Below, one piece after another: positions 13,329-28,217 of a stretch of DNA of 64,000 nt. The stretch covers positions 186,001 through 250,000 of the forward strand of contig JAHLTZ010000016.1 in the NCBI GenBank assembly GCA_025786725.1, read 5' to 3'. Position numbers and translations under genes: made by a program. Positions within the stretch are counted from its first letter, which is position 1, and each line of letters begins with the position of its first letter. The notes beneath the pieces were generated by a model that did no database searches, was not told the DNA's origin, and was given only the letters and a program-made list of their open reading frames with translations. Source of the DNA: Syncephalis fuscata S228 (taxonomy: Eukaryota > Fungi > Zoopagomycota).

Positions 13329-16300
13329 ATGCAGTCTGTTGTACACGTTGACGATACAGATGGTGAGTTATAGAAGAGTAGGCAGGTATGTAGCAGCTTA
13401 TTGACTTCTTGTTAGTATTGCGACACTATCGCCTAGATGAATTCCGTGCCGATGAATGGGTAGAGGTTGAAGACGATAAGTTGCCTACACAAGTAACAAC
13501 AGCGGCTCAAGAAGAACGAGATGCTGATCCGCTAGGCATTAAAAAGAGTATTTTTGAGTAAGTAGTGGTGGATATTATACAAAGGCTTAGTCTATTCATA
13601 TTCTACAATAATAACAATAATGTAAATATTAATATTAATAATGTATTTAGGCCAGATCGTCGTCTTTCACGCCATTCAAGACGTAGTATTTTATTATCAG
13701 AAACAGAAAAAGGTATGTATTATTGATCAGTATAGATGTAGATATAGACACTATGTCTATATTATTTACTCTAACATTAACTATGCAATAATAGAGACTG
13801 TTTGTCGAGTTGGATTTAATTCATTTGATGCCAAAGTATTTATGCGGGATATTCACCGTGGCACTACTTACAGCGAGTTTTGTCGTGGAGCAGAGCATTT
13901 ACGGCAACAATTAGAAAGACGATCTGAAGGTATGCGTGACTTGGTACGACAACACTTTGACCATTTTGTCAATGCCAAAAATGCTATTGATGGTGAGTAT
14001 TGAATAAATAGTTAAATAAACAATTGTTAGACTATAATATAAATATTTATGTCATTTTAGATGTCCACTTTGCTATGGATAATAATGGATTGACCGCCGA
14101 TACTGATTATGGTGTGGCGGGATTTCAGGAACGGGCTCGAGGTAAGTATAGCATTACTGTTATTAATAACGTTCATAACATTTAATTAGTATCTCTTGAT
14201 TATACTGAGACACTATTTGGTCCAATTCTGGAGAGGCGTGGTAGAACGGAAATGTTACGTACAGCACAGACAATTGTAGATAAACATAAGTTTTTCTTTA
14301 GTTTACCTAGTAGTTTGACGGAATGTGCCAAACAGGTAAAATAATTAATCAACTAGCTAATTATATATATATATATATATACGTACGCAGAATAACTAAT
14401 TAGTATACGATTTATAGCGTAAATATGACTTGGCCGTGCGTAATTACAAAAAGGGTAGACATCTGATGCGGGCTCTTATTGGAAAGGCAGCAAAAGCAGA
14501 ATCTGGTGAATCCTCTGAAGAGGATATTTCCTCAATTCCTGAGCACAACGTCGACTTTTTGGACGTATTTGGGCTGCAGCTGAACAAGTAGTTACCGGCA
14601 TTCGAGAAGATTTAATGAAGCAGCTAGAAGAAGCATGGCAGCCATTAGAACAACAGGAGAAGAATATACGGTAAGTAATGAGGCATTTATATACAAAGAC
14701 ATTGTTGATATCGATAAAATACAGTTACATTTAGATTTGGATTCAGGAGAGGATCCAGGCTGGCATTACTTACAAGCAAGACATAAATGGGGCTGTAATT
14801 TACTTAAAGAATCATTTGACAAATTTGCCGATCGTATGAACGGTAGGAAAGGTTATAATAATTATAGTAATATACTTAGATATTATTAGATTTGTATAAG
14901 GAGCGACAAGCAGCAGGACAACCGAGTACATCGGCTGATCCTGGCGCTGCAATATTCCGAGTTGCTACTTTACGTAAAGCACTTGATGTTCGAGAAAAGG
15001 CACTACCCGACCTATTTAGTAGGTCGTATCAGTTTAGTACGTACTAATTGCTTATCAATGACATTATAGATAAAGAACGTGATGGTATTGCTTGGGAGTT
15101 GGTTGCATCGGTCGTCAATTCGCTATGTGATGTACTACATCGCTGTTTACCTACTTTTTGGTTAGTTATTAAGAAATATGCCGATGGTGCTTATAGTAAT
15201 AAGCCTGTCGTTGATAAGGTGGGCATTACTGCAGCTATGTAATTATTTATAAATTAAACTATTCTATTATAGAAAGAAGTACGCAAAAGTATTGCAGCAC
15301 GACTGAAAAAGGCCGCGGGCCATTTGAAAAAGGCCGATGAAGCACATAAGATGGCTGCCGAATTAACACAGCTATTTGCACAACTAATTGGTAGAATGCT
15401 TGGTATTCAAGATGCTGCATCCACGTCTTCATCTTCATCGAGCAAGTCTCGAGGCACTGACGCGATTACCATTCGTTTACCGCCATCACATACACTGATA
15501 CTTGGCCATTTTCTATCCCGTTGTGTGGAACGGGTCGTTGACTGTCGACGCCAATTAGCCACGGCAACCAAATCATCTGAAGTTAATACTGGTGCTGCAG
15601 GCGAGGGTATTATTATGGCCATGCGTGCTATAGAACGTAAAATGCGCGAGAAGAGTATTAGATTACTGTGTGAATCTTGGATTAGTGGTAAGTAGTTTAT
15701 TGCTAATAGTTAATATATAATATTAAACAAATGTTTACTATTATTATTATTACATAGATGCTCAAGTATTTTATCTGCATGAAGATTGGCAACCACATCC
15801 AAAACATTCTGAAGTGACAATGCAAGTACGGCTTGTTTATCGCTTACATAAGCGTACCCTTCATATGATTGGCACACTTATGGGTGTGTCATCAAGATCT
15901 AATGTTAACTGGGATAAAGATTCACAGGTAACTAAACGATATGTACAGAATGAAAAAGTACTAAAGGCATATAGATGCCTGTATCGGCTCGTACATTGAA
16001 TGTGGCATGCAACGGATTCCTTCAAGCCATTCTAGCATGGCTGGATTGTTTAAATCATTTGGCATCCAATGTTAAACTGGATAATGACCGACGTGTTCAA
16101 TCCATTTGTACTAAACGATACCTTACCATAGATATTCGAGTAAGTATATATATATATGTAACCATTAGTTGATACTGTTGATACTAATGCATGTTATTAC
16201 TATTAGGATTTTAGAAGTTTGACAGCAGGTGCTAATTTGTATCGATTTCATAAAATAAAACTACCTAAACTGGCTCGTTTGGCCGAGCGTTGTATGGCAG

Positions 16301-17272
16301 CAGCTGTAACCGAGGAAATTGATGTATGTACAATTCAATCTTTTATATACGCTTAATACCAATAATACTGATAATTGTATTTGTAGTCATTGATTCAAAT
16401 GTCTAGTCGATTAAGAGATCGGTTAGTTGATCAGTATTCTAGTCGCAAATCAATACCTATTCTACGTGAATTGCGTAATGGTTTACTTATGGATGGATAT
16501 GACTGGGTAGCAAGACAGCCTACAGAAGGTAAGATGTTTGAACCAATTAAACAAACATACTAATTGTGTATTTGATTATTTTAGAAATACGGCCATTTAT
16601 ACGACGAGTCTTATTAGCGATCGTATTGATGCACGCCGAAGTTCATGCTCTTGCGCCCGTGCTGGAACGACGTACATTAACAACAGTTCAAGATCAACTG
16701 GCTTTGGAATGGCTAGCGGACCATCGAGAACTCGATCATGTTGGTCTAAGTGGCTTTGTACAGGTTAGTTTATACAGGTATTAACAAGAAAAGACGAGCT
16801 AACAATGGCGTTAAAGAGTATGCTTGAAACGTATTTTATTCAGAAAACACTTGGTCTTTACTGTTCTGAAGTTGCTGAGAATCAGTATCGATTGGTGCAG
16901 ACGACACTTGAACAAGCCTTTAGACGGCACACTTCAAGTGATAATGGCGGTGACCCCACCGAACGTAAACAGCTTCGACCAGCTATGGAAGCAATGCAAC
17001 AACACCTTGTGGCTTGTCGTCGTGCATGCATGGTTGAGTTCTCCTGTTTCCGGTCTCAACAGTCTAGCCATCGGCGTCATTCGCAAGGTTCACATGCCAG
17101 TGGCGGTAGCTTTGGTCCAAGTAGCCAAAACTATAGTGGCCATGGTTCTAGTGGCCGTAGCAACGGACGTCAAAGAACTTCACAGACGCCATTGCCGCCA
17201 CCAAAACCACCAGCTCGTAAACGAAGCAATGGCTCTAATCCATCGGCAATATCCTATTCTGAAGAACAATAA
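13329..17272 (+). CDS. SEC5: Exocyst component Sec5 (multi-exon; one -1 break near 14546)
   Basis: DPLG motif, FDAKVFMRDIH, LVRQHFDHFVNAKNAID, KFFFSLPSSL, HEDW, VLMHAEV. Confidence 0.88.
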
Positions 17273-17707
17273 AGTAATATTAACCATCGTAATAAGAATA
17301 ATAATTGATAATAGTAGTTGATAATGGGTTATTTTATAAGTTTAATATATTAAGTATTAGAATTAAAATTAAAATCCTATATACATATACCATCCATCCA
17401 TTTATATTATTTTCATTGTATACTTATATGAGTTGAAATTTGCTGTTAATAAAGTTAAAGACAAATTGATAACAGTTTTGAATAGAGTATAGACATTATG
17501 TAATAGAACAATGTCAGATCAGCAGTATTAACAGTATAATGCGTATAGTGGGATGAATGGAATGAGTAGTGTTGAAGTATATAATAAACAGAATGTGTCT
17601 AGTATATTATAGAATAATATATAGTAGTATGGAATATAATGGAAATAAATGGTGGATATATGCATGCTGGATAACAAATCTATGATAATGAGTATTTTAG
17701 ACTTTGT

Positions 17708-17925
17708 GTCATTTGCCACCCATCATCATGTTCAATAGATTGGGTGTTATTAAAATAGCCATTTTATTCCAAGCTATTCTAAATGGCTAATAAATTCAAT
17801 TAAATTGTATAATAATGTTAATAAGCATACAATATTTTAATAAAAGTAATATAATTATGTTATGAATAATAATACAACTTGATTGGAACAAATTTTACTT
17901 GGGGAACTCAAAATGTAAGAGTCAA
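17708..17925 (+). repeat. Dispersed AT-rich repeat, copy A
   Basis: Similar to 57744-58145 (catcatcatgtt..agattgg..ttattaaaatagc..ttcaattaaa.tgtataataatgtta; gattggaac.aatttt). Confidence 0.75.
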
Positions 17926-18247
17926 GGTACAATTTAGCCTATAATGATTTGTGCTGAACTAGGTTCAATGGCCAATTGGTTTATTATGCAAACATAAATA
18001 ATTAAAGAAATGAAAAAAGACCAACATAGATGGTAACATAATTGTTTATTGGAGGGTAAAGAGATAAAGCCGAAATAAATCCCACCAATCAACATTATAA
18101 CTGGTATGGTGTATACTGTACATGGAATACGGCGGCAATGGCCACCTCCTTTCTCCTTTCCTTTTGTTGTTTGCAATCCAGCACCTTCTTGTTTATTTTT
18201 ATCTATATACTATTGTTATAAGAAAGCTTACATTTTTGTATAGAGCT

Positions 18248-20003
18248 ATGAAGCTACCACTATTGTTTCCATGGCTATTGGCCGGCATAACTCGTTTATC
18301 TTATGTAGAAGCTCACGACCATATGACTATGACTCCCGTTGAATGGTCGGCGGCCGAGTTGGAACCAATTGATGTCTGGTTAAAACTACATATTATAATC
18401 ATGCTAGTGGCATTTGGTGGACTATTTCCACTTGGTAAGTTTGGTGTTTGTTAGTATAGATTTGAAGTAATAATAGGATAACAAATTATAACGCAATATT
18501 CAGGTATTATTTTTGGTTTTACAAAGCACCGATTCCATGTACCCACTCAAATTATCGCCATTGGCCTTACGGCCTTTGGATTGGTACTTGGACATTTGCA
18601 TGGCGGACGAGCCTTTCCTCATAGTGCGCATGGATCCGGTGCCAATTGGATTGTTTTGATGATTCTGATTCAAGCAAGTATTGGCGTGTTTCTAAAGCGT
18701 TATCGCCAAGCAACAATGTTGCGAAAAGTGGCCAAGACGACACATAAAACAATAGGCATTTTATGGTTTGTTATGGGTGGTGTCCAATGTGCCCTCGGTG
18801 TTATTACGTACATGGGCTATTGTGGTGATAGTCATACAAATAATTGTTTGGCCCACGAAATCATGGGAAGCTCAATTGCAGCTTATGGCATTGCTGTACA
18901 CTTAACCTCATCAGGGCCAGGACGTCGTTGGTTACGCCGACTTGCGAATGGCATGGTTGTTCGTACCAATAAATCAAGCGGGTTGTCGATGACATCCATG
19001 AAGAATCGATCAGTTGATTGGGCCGATGCCTGGCTTATTACAATTTGGGGCGTATTTAATACATTTACTGAACATCGCTGGGGCCAAGTAAGTAAAATAG
19101 AAAGTAGTAAGCATTAGTTTCATTTTATTAATAGCAAACGAATAGACTTGGAATCATACAGATTTGCAACATACTTCTATGGGCGTACTATGGTGGGCTG
19201 GTGGTGCAGCTGGTCTATTTTCACTCTTGCATCGGCCAGAACAGCGCACGCCTCTTCCTGCAATAGTTATTCTTTTTACCGGTGCCGGTATGGTTGCACA
19301 TCATCAACATCAAGCCATCGGTGTTATGACACATGCTTGGTTCGGCAAGGCACTTATGGCCGCAGCTGCAATACGTATTGTTGAGATTGCACTTGAAGAA
19401 GGTGGAGTTGGCCGAGTTGCCTTGCCTGGATATGGATCGGGCCGATCGCGATCTAACGATCTAGGATCTTTAACAGCAAAATATGGCGAAGGCCGACTAT
19501 TACCTATGCTACGCCGTCTTAGCGGTCTACTTTTGGTCATTTCTGGCTTGTTATTCTGTGGATCGACCGAACAAGCATTAGCCTCAGTGGCTGGTAACGG
19601 TCTTGATGTTGTTACCTACATGAACGGCATCATATCTTTGGGATTGGCTGCGATGGCCTATGTCGACGGACTGGTCCTTGTGTACAAGCGGTGTCGTGCA
19701 CTACGTCAAAAGCAGCTGGGATTCTCAGGCGTTGATGATGATGGCTACGACGACGGAGCAACTATTTATGACACCGCAGGTCTGGGCAGTCCTCATGTGG
19801 CATATAATCCGCTTGAGAGTCCTCCTCCCTCTGCTGGTCCACATGTTCTTTTTAATGAAGAGGCGGAAGACGATAACGATAGCGTTAATGGTCATGGTAG
19901 ACACGGCAATAAGCTACCATCATCCAATGTTCCATCTGGTACTTCGCCATCGGTAAATACACGTGTTCCTTCAGAGGAGCATGAGATGCAATTGCGTAAT
20001 TAG
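18248..20003 (+). CDS. YTP1: YTP1-family membrane protein (3 exons)
   Basis: Signal peptide, LGHLHGGRAF.HSAH, NCLAHEIMG, NTFTEHRWG, DLQHTSMGVLWWAGG. Confidence 0.85.
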
Positions 20004-20775
20004 CTATTGATCTTGTCTCTAGCCAATATCGGGTTTTTAATTTGCTGGTCCATTTAGAAGCATTCTTTTTTCTTTGTCCCTAACGTATTACTCAATATGG
20101 CATTGCCTAATTTGGCCCATGGCTTGGCCAATGAAAACGAGCTTGGTCGATCCAACTTGCTCGCAATAGAGCATCACCATCCATATTGGAACATACACAT
20201 TCGCACGCTAACAATGCCATGCAAAGTAATAAATATTGCCATTCAAGCTTATTGTCCTGTTCCAGAGAGTCGGTCATTTAAATGGCCGGAGTTTCTACAT
20301 TGCAATCCTAAAGATAGAACATTTGCTTGTAATCTATTCACATTGCTTCAAGTGACAACATCTATCTATATCTTTCTTTCTTTCTACTATACTTTGCCCC
20401 CTCGTCTGGTACTTGTGCTTCTTCTTGTTTCGTCCTCGTCCTCGTATTCTATTCATTATATTTTATTCCATTAATACTGATTATAATCTATCATTTGCTT
20501 TATTTAAACGGCCAATCGACAGATTTGCTCATTTGAAGGCAATACAACGCTTCCTCAACAACCTCTTGCGTTCATACAGTGGCGGTATAAGCCAATATCC
20601 CTTCATATTTACATAACAAACTTATATACAGGCGCTAAACCACTTCTTTGCTAACACTATTTGCACTCGACATTAGTTCAAGTAAGCACATAACAATCAC
20701 AGCTGCTAATAATTAGAGTTATTTATTAATGAATAACGGTCACATTGCAGATTCTCTTTAGTTTAAACCTTAGCT

Positions 20776-21495
20776 ATGTTTGCCAAAGTTTCCCGTCGTA
20801 CTATAACCGCTATAGCGCGTATTGCTACCCTAGCGTTGGTGGTGTCTTTTGTAGTGGTGATTCTGGAGTCGTCAAATACATCTGTCGATGCCGTTTACCA
20901 AAACAACCTTATTGCCATCTTTAATAACTATACAATTGGCGGAGATGCTGCTGCCCCAGCAGGAGGCGGCGATGGGTCAGGCGGCGATGGATCAAGCAGT
21001 GATGGATCATCGGGAAGCAGCAATTCAACTTCAGAAAGCAGCGATGGATCACCAGAAGATGGGGCTGCATCTTCAGGAGAAGGTGGCGAAGAAATGCCAC
21101 CACCAATGCCAAACTGTCTTTATGCTTATGGCCTTGGCGATCATTATCCTGTTGTCAACGATGCCTGCCAGACAATGCGCTGGCGTCCAGGACAAGCATG
21201 GAAATTCGATCCAGAAATTTTACAAGCGTATCAGCCTATTCGTGTAGGTGAAAACTTTTGTCTTAGCATTGAAGCTGCCACCTATGCCGCGAAAGCCATT
21301 GTCGTCGAATGTCCCAACGATTCCGCTGCCGTTCCCAGTGAAGCACAGTGGCGCCTTAGTACAGATGGATCCAACCATTGGTTCACTAATTTGCGTACCA
21401 GCCTATGCCTTCGTGGTAGTGACAAAGATGACGCTTTTACTGTAGAGACGTGCACAAACGATCCAGCTTTTTTGTTTAAAGTGAGAACCTTCTAG
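20776..21495 (+). CDS. Secreted or membrane-anchored ricin-B (beta-trefoil) lectin-like protein
   Basis: Hydrophobic N-terminus, G/S/D linker, three CL..C..QxW-like subdomains (GQAW, EAQW). Confidence 0.7.
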   Translation: MFAKVSRRTITAIARIATLALVVSFVVVILESSNTSVDAVYQNNLIAIFNNYTIGGDAAAPAGGGDGSGGDGSSSDGSSGSSNSTSESSDGSPEDGAASSGEGGEEMPPPMPNCLYAYGLGDHYPVVNDACQTMRWRPGQAWKFDPEILQAYQPIRVGENFCLSIEAATYAAKAIVVECPNDSAAVPSEAQWRLSTDGSNHWFTNLRTSLCLRGSDKDDAFTVETCTNDPAFLFKVRTF

Positions 21496-21764
21496 GCAAA
21501 CATCTACCCAGTTCTATCGATTCTTTATTGGATATACCTGCAGTTTCATTAGAGTTACAGATTTATTTGATTCTAAGCATACTGTCTTATAATTTAGACA
21601 TTAATAAACTAAGTATACTGCGAGTTACAATTATATTAATATGTGTCCAAAATGTCTCGCAAAAGCGCTGGCTTTTGGTCAAATTTAATTCATTCCAACT
21701 AAAAGAAAACAGATACTTTGCTAGGTAATAAAGGCATTGATCATTGCATAAGCAGTTATAAACA

Positions 21765-22697
21765 CTAAGCCATGCCGTAGGCATTGGTAGCCACAGCAGC
21801 TTCGACACCAGTACCGCCGGTAATCTTGCTTGTAGCACGATCTTGATTCTTGGCACCAGCAAAGGCTTAGTAACCAGTCGTGTTAGCATGATATCGAAGA
21901 CTTTGTGTGTGTATTTGGCTTACCGTAGCAAACTGCTGCGATTGTCAATGTAATAGCCGCTATAACCATGATCGTGAAGGACTGTGTCAATGAAAGCCAT
22001 TCAATGAGTGCGAATCTATTCGATCGCAATTATGGTTAGTTAATCTATGTTTGAGTGTGTCGATACGACAAGACTTACAGGCCGTACATGCCAGCACGGA
22101 AATAATTGTTTTCAAATCGTTTCATAAAATTATCACTATGACCGCATAAAATACAAGCATTAATAAATGAATATGATTATTACATTCCAACAAGCACTTG
22201 ATCAAATCAACTGACTTGCTATTACTTTATGGTAGTAAGCTAAATTATTACTTACAACTTTTGACTCGTAGGACAACACTGTGGCAAATCGGTTAGTGTC
22301 GTTATGATAGTTGGTTGCTATTGTTAGCGGCTTACCTTAAGGCATAGCGGAACTTCGCTAAAAACAATCAGAAAGGCAAACACACTGCCAAGCTACCTGT
22401 CAGCTAGCGTCAATAAAGATTTGTTCATCAACTTACAAGGCTAAGATTGCAAAAACATGAAGAGTGGCCAACTCGACGATGCCAAGAATGATCAATACTA
22501 TTGATGATTAGTCAAGTAGTTTAAATAAGCAGTGTAGTGTCGCTATACTACTTACATGGCACTGAGATTAGCGCGCACCTAACAGTATTGAAAGCAATGC
22601 GCAAGTCAGATAACATACGCCAGCTATGGTCGCAATCTACCTACCACTGTGCATAAATGGTATATTGTCCCGAACGAAGTTCTTGGAAAAAGCCCAT
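21765..22697 (-). CDS. TVP18: Golgi membrane protein Tvp18 (about 8 small exons; absent from the ORF track)
   Basis: Manually spliced MGFFQELRSGQYTIYAQW..EVPLCLKCCPTSQKFDNFMKRFENNYFRAGMY. Confidence 0.85.
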
Positions 22698-23858
22698 GGT
22701 GATGAAAAAGCGATTGTTTTGATAGTACGGTCAGTAGAAAAGCACTGCTTTTGCAAAAAGAAAACGGTGAAAAGGATGCCAAGAAAAAAGAACGCGAAGG
22801 AAATCGAATCGAAAGCTTACGGTTCGCCTTGTGAATGACAAAGGGGCTGTCACAAGACGATTGATCTTTCTCCACTGACAAACGGACAATAAACCAGTTT
22901 CTACTTTGACTGCTAAACAACATTCAGATTATCGGAGTCATAGATAGAAATATTCTGAGCAACGACTGTTTCGACTGATTCACACGCAGCAATGATTGTC
23001 GATGCATATTTATGCACAATTACTCCCATTACCTGTTATTATTAATTGTGTGACTCAAAAATCACTTAGTTATTACGAAACATCAGTTGTGATTCTCAAT
23101 GTTTTAATGTATAAATTCAATGCGCAAGTTATGTTAATTTGATGTAAAACGTGTTTTACGCTACTGCAATACGGTTTATTTAATAGCTGACTTTTGAATA
23201 AACTATGTTTATGATAAAACGCCAAAATATTATTAAGTGTCGCGTCTAAATTAATAAATAACAATGCATCTAGTTATTATACAATATAATTTAAACATTA
23301 TATCCTTGTGCAACAGTTATGCAAAGTTGGTAAACATAAATTGTAAAATGCAAATCATCAAGTGTTTGTATAGATCGTTGCATTGTATATATTAATGTAT
23401 TGCCATTACTATTTTTGTAATAAAAAATTACTGCTTTATTTTATTATAGCTATAAATGTTTTGCTCAGCTTTATCGCCTAGTTCCAAATACAATGGGCGC
23501 GGCTGATGTTGTCTTGCCCACCAACAATATGGTTGCCAACAAGCTACGACATTGTTAAGTATTGCCAAGACTAATATTTATATTTAAAACAGTTATAATA
23601 TTGTATTATTTAGATTCAATATACTACTCTTGTTATCTTTTACTTTTCATCTATAAAGCAAAGTATCAAACAGGTGTATTGGCACTACCTGCTCAAAATT
23701 AAGTATTAATTGCAATTATCAATACATAGCTTTGGCCACAGTGTATAGAAGGTATGATTACACAAAATATCAAGCTATGTACTTGATTTATAAGACTGTT
23801 TAACTAATGGATAGTTTGCTGACTTTTATGCTCATTGTAGCAAGCACAAAGCAGAAAT

Positions 23859-25942
23859 ATGCAATGCACAGACAAAATTAGATTCAAGCCATTAAAACGT
23901 AATCAGTATTCTCGATTATTTGGTAAAGCATCTCGCTATATAAGCAAAGACAGCTCTTATGCAAGTTATAGTACAGCATCTGCGGATCAAAGCGATAGCG
24001 ATGATGAAACTTATGTTGACGCCGAGAATCGACAAACATCTTTGCAGCATCCTTCGGTGGACGAATTGCTTGCACACTTGACCCATTCACCAGCAACATT
24101 GCCGGCTCGACGACACTCTCTCGATACGACCGGATTTTCGCATGGTCAACCTTAGGAGCGGATACGCGAAATGAAATGACCAATAGCATCGAGTTGCCCG
24201 TTAATAATTACGGCCTGTATACAGTTACTAAAAAATTACACGACAATAGACAACACTCTGAACATACAGCTGATATTGGTAATAAAATTCCACATAAACA
24301 TATTGACAGTTTTTTTGTTGCCGATTGCGCATTCGATGGCGAAAGCAAGCCTTTGCAAGCCCAATCTTCGCCTAGTAGACGCAGAATGCCGTTAAAGCGC
24401 GATCGTACTCATACTACAATTTGTGATCGACGCTGGTTAAGAACAAAAGATCGTAATAAGGCTATTGAAAACAACAGCACGCATACTTTGCAAAACTCGC
24501 CTAAAGCTTTGCCAACTCGTGCACTACAAAAATCACCAAGACGCACAACGGTAAATCGCTCTCCTACGTTTTTACCCGGTGATCCCAAGCGCGTTGCAAG
24601 TATTCTAGCACGGGTTAATCGAAAAAATGAATTACATGGATTGCCAGCAACCAATATAGCTCAAGTTCCTGACAATTTGCAAAATTCTTATCTTTCACGA
24701 ATGCCTCATGTGCCTCGTATAGGGAATGATAGCATTTCTCGATATAAGCGCAATACAGCCAAGAAAAATAACAATATAAAAGCTTTTCAAGCCCAGCTTT
24801 CTCCCAAACAACATTTATTAGAAAGCGGCGACAGTTCAATAGCCAGTATTAAAGATAAAAATGCAAATACAGCTTTCGCATATAAATCTTCGCTTGCTGA
24901 TCGGGAAACTAGTGCTAATAGTAACTTAAACAAAAAATCAGCTTTACCTCGCGTACTTGAACAAATTGAAAGTTTACTTAGTCGAAATCGCTCGTCAGCA
25001 CATCGCCATAAAAAAAGTTTATCGTCGGATAATTCATCCTCGACAGCGCATTCTAACGTAGAAAATAACACAAGCACTGTTTCAAATGAGGCAGTTGTAA
25101 ATCATAACAACATACATATTAACAGTTTGCAGTCTCGACTTGTTGCTGTGCAGCAACAGTTGACTCAGCAGAATGAGGAATATAATGTACGTGTAGTTTT
25201 AGTATAAAAGTTCGTTATTAAACCACATATATTGCAGAGTCGACTTTTGTTATTTAAAAACAAACTACAACATTGGCAGGCACGATGCCAGATTTTGGAA
25301 AAGCATTATGACCAAGAGCAGGAAGCATGGCATAGTAAGTAACAGTTATTTATTGATGCAGTATTCTTTGTATTAATACAGAGAATTAAGAGCGGATGGA
25401 GTATCAAGATCAGCAGCATAGTCAAGAACTAGAACTGCTTAATAGGAAACACCAAAAAGAAATATTTCAACTAGCTGAACAAATCAAAAAACTAAGCCAT
25501 GATAATCAAGTATTTCGCCAATCATCATCAAGTGTTGACAATATTTTAAGTAAGTATCTATACGTACAAATGTAATGAAATACGCTGGTAACAGTGTAAT
25601 AATAGCATCACAAACCTCTATTAATTACTACACACATAATGAATCATCTGATTGTGTTGATCATCAGTTTTTCAAAGTAAGTAATGCCTATTTGAGCAAA
25701 CAAGCTAATTAGCGTTATTAATAATGTGCTAAAATATAGGATCAAATTACAATGATTCAGTCTGAAAGCATTTCATTTGATATAGAAACTAGTAAACTAT
25801 TTAATAACATGCAGGTAAAAAACAAATGCTATCGATTTAAAGCCATTCTAATACCGTTCCATTCTTAGAAACTATGTCAAAGCTGCTTAACAGTATAGAA
25901 GATGCCAAGCTATCACGACGACGTGCCAGTATTAATATTTAA
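23859..25942 (+). CDS. Uncharacterised protein with disordered S/R-rich N-terminus and C-terminal coiled coil (multi-exon; -1 break near 24135; ends uncertain)
   Basis: Long ORFs plus spliced Q/E-rich exons. Confidence 0.55.
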
Positions 25943-26066
25943 ATTACTAAAACAATAAATTATGAATACTCAATTTACATATTTATCATTATTTTATTCA
26001 TTAAATACGCTTAGCTTGCTTCATTATACGACATCAGTACGTAGGTGTTTACAGTCTGCTAAAAAT

Positions 26067-27247
26067 TTAAGCAGTTTCGCTGTAGATCAGCTTGTTTGGC
26101 GTGCCCTTGGTTGGATTGGAAATAACATTAGGGGTAGCGTTGCTGACAAGAGCACCGTAAAGGGCGTTGACGGTGGAGTATTTGCCGCTGGCTAGGTAAA
26201 GTGCGGCAACACCAGCAACGTGAGGAGAGGCCATAGAAGTGCCAGAGATGGTGTTTTTGGCACCATCATTACCCTTCCACAATGAGGTAATATCGACACC
26301 TGGAGCGTAGACCTTGACACAGTTTCCAAAGTTTGAGAAGTAGGCTTGCTTGTCAGTCTTATCGCTGGCAGCAACGGCGAATGCACTGGAGGCGCCAGAT
26401 GGAGAGCCTGCACAGGCATCGCCAGCATTGTTACCGGCAGCAACGATAAAGGCAATTCCAGCCTCAACAGCGGCATTTACGGCATCATCAATTACCTTGG
26501 ACTTGCCGCCGCCAAGCGACATGTTTACAACGGATTTGCCAGGACGAGCATTTTGAGCAACGTATTGAATACCGGCAAGTACGCCGGAAATGGTACCAGA
26601 ACCGCGGCCGTTAAGTACTTTGACACCGTAGATCTTGGCCTTTTTGGCAACACCATAGGTGGCCGAACCAACAGTGCCGGCAACATGAGTGCCGTGACCG
26701 TTCAAATCGGCATTAGCTTCGCCGGTGACGAAGCTCTTGATCAATTTGGCGCGGCCTTCAAAATCGGCATGGGATTCTTGGACACCGGTATCAACGATCC
26801 AGATGTCGACACCTTCACCAGCAGTGTCTGGATAGACAAATGGCTTGGTGAGATCGAGGACACGTTCAGAAACACGCGTCAGACCCCAGCTGGGTGGAGA
26901 GGCTTGGTCGGCTGCGATTTGCATAATGCCATCTTCTTCAATGTATTCGACACGTGAGTCCTTCTGTAGACTTTTAACTTCGTTTTCAGAAAGCTGGGTG
27001 GCGAAACCTTGGAATGATTTGGAGTTGTAGGTGTACTTGTATTTCTTTCCAACAAAGTTGTTGGTCTGGGCGATGAATCGTTTAGCATCATTTCCAGCGC
27101 GAAGCTTGACAATGTAGGTTCCTTTGACCTCAGACAAGAGAGAGTTGTCGCTGGCCTGGAATGCGTTATCTTCAAGAATGGCACCGTTAATGGGCGTTAC
27201 AGCCAAAAGAATGGCAGAGACAAGGATAGAGCAGATACAAATTTCAT
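26067..27247 (-). CDS. Secreted subtilisin (S8, proteinase K-like) with I9 propeptide; intronless; -1 break in the signal peptide
   Basis: TYIVKL propeptide; catalytic VDTG, NGHGTHVAG and SGTSMASPHVAG motifs. Confidence 0.95.
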
Positions 27248-28217
27248 GATAAAAATGGTGTTAACTTAACAGTGGTGATAAACGAGTAAAAAATAGTTTG
27301 CCGTAAAGATTGTTCGTAAAATGAAGCGTAAAAGAACGTAAGCGTAAGTCAAGAATGGGTTGTTTGTTTGGTATAATTTGTGGCAGTTAGGCCAACAAAT
27401 ACGTGCTTTAAATAAGAAATTTGATTATCAATACAACTTGCTACTCTAATCAATTCTTTACAATGTTAACATTCAAAGCTTCGAAGTGTTGATACACATG
27501 TGCCACATGTACTACACTCCCATATTTTCTTATTGAGCACCGGCTAAATTATTGATAGACAAAAAGCCGCTATTCACGCCAGGCGGCGTGAAACCAAGCT
27601 GCAAAAGCAGTACACCAAGTAAATTTGGCCTATTATGTATTATTGCCAGAATCATTATCACACTAATGCACGTGCAATGTAATAATCAGGTGATGAAACG
27701 TGACCTATTGTTTTTACCCATTGTTGTCGACCGTCTAACAACAAGAAATTAGGAGATACCAACTCATTTAGGCAAAAAAATGAATCCGTTTTTATTGCCA
27801 TATATAATTAAAGTATACAGACACTCGTCAGCCATTGGTGTATTCAAATACCAGCCAGCACTAAAATAAAATTTATTATTTCATTTATCAACATATAAGT
27901 GCTTGAACGTATTTTGTGTTAATCATTTGAATTATACAATCGCTACACTTAATTAATAGGCAATTTCGTCATAGCAACATCTCATATTTTATCACGCAAT
28001 TGTTCTCGCCTTTCGTGATGTCACAAATTTGGATCACGCGGATATTGTTGTAACAAAGACGGCTTTTTATGGTCACGACATGCATCATGCAGACTGCGTC
28101 AGCTGCCAATCTCATTTATTAACAAATTACTATTCATAATAAAGCATTCATAGTTCATTAACTCCTATTTGTATTTGACTTTGTATATTTGATTTTATTC
28201 TACTTGCGCTAACGATA

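Noticed and set aside
26192-27184. Long antisense and alternative-frame ORFs over the subtilisin (similarly over YTP1, the Zap1-like gene and SEC5)
   Set aside because: Shadows of codon bias in real genes; no recognisable motifs
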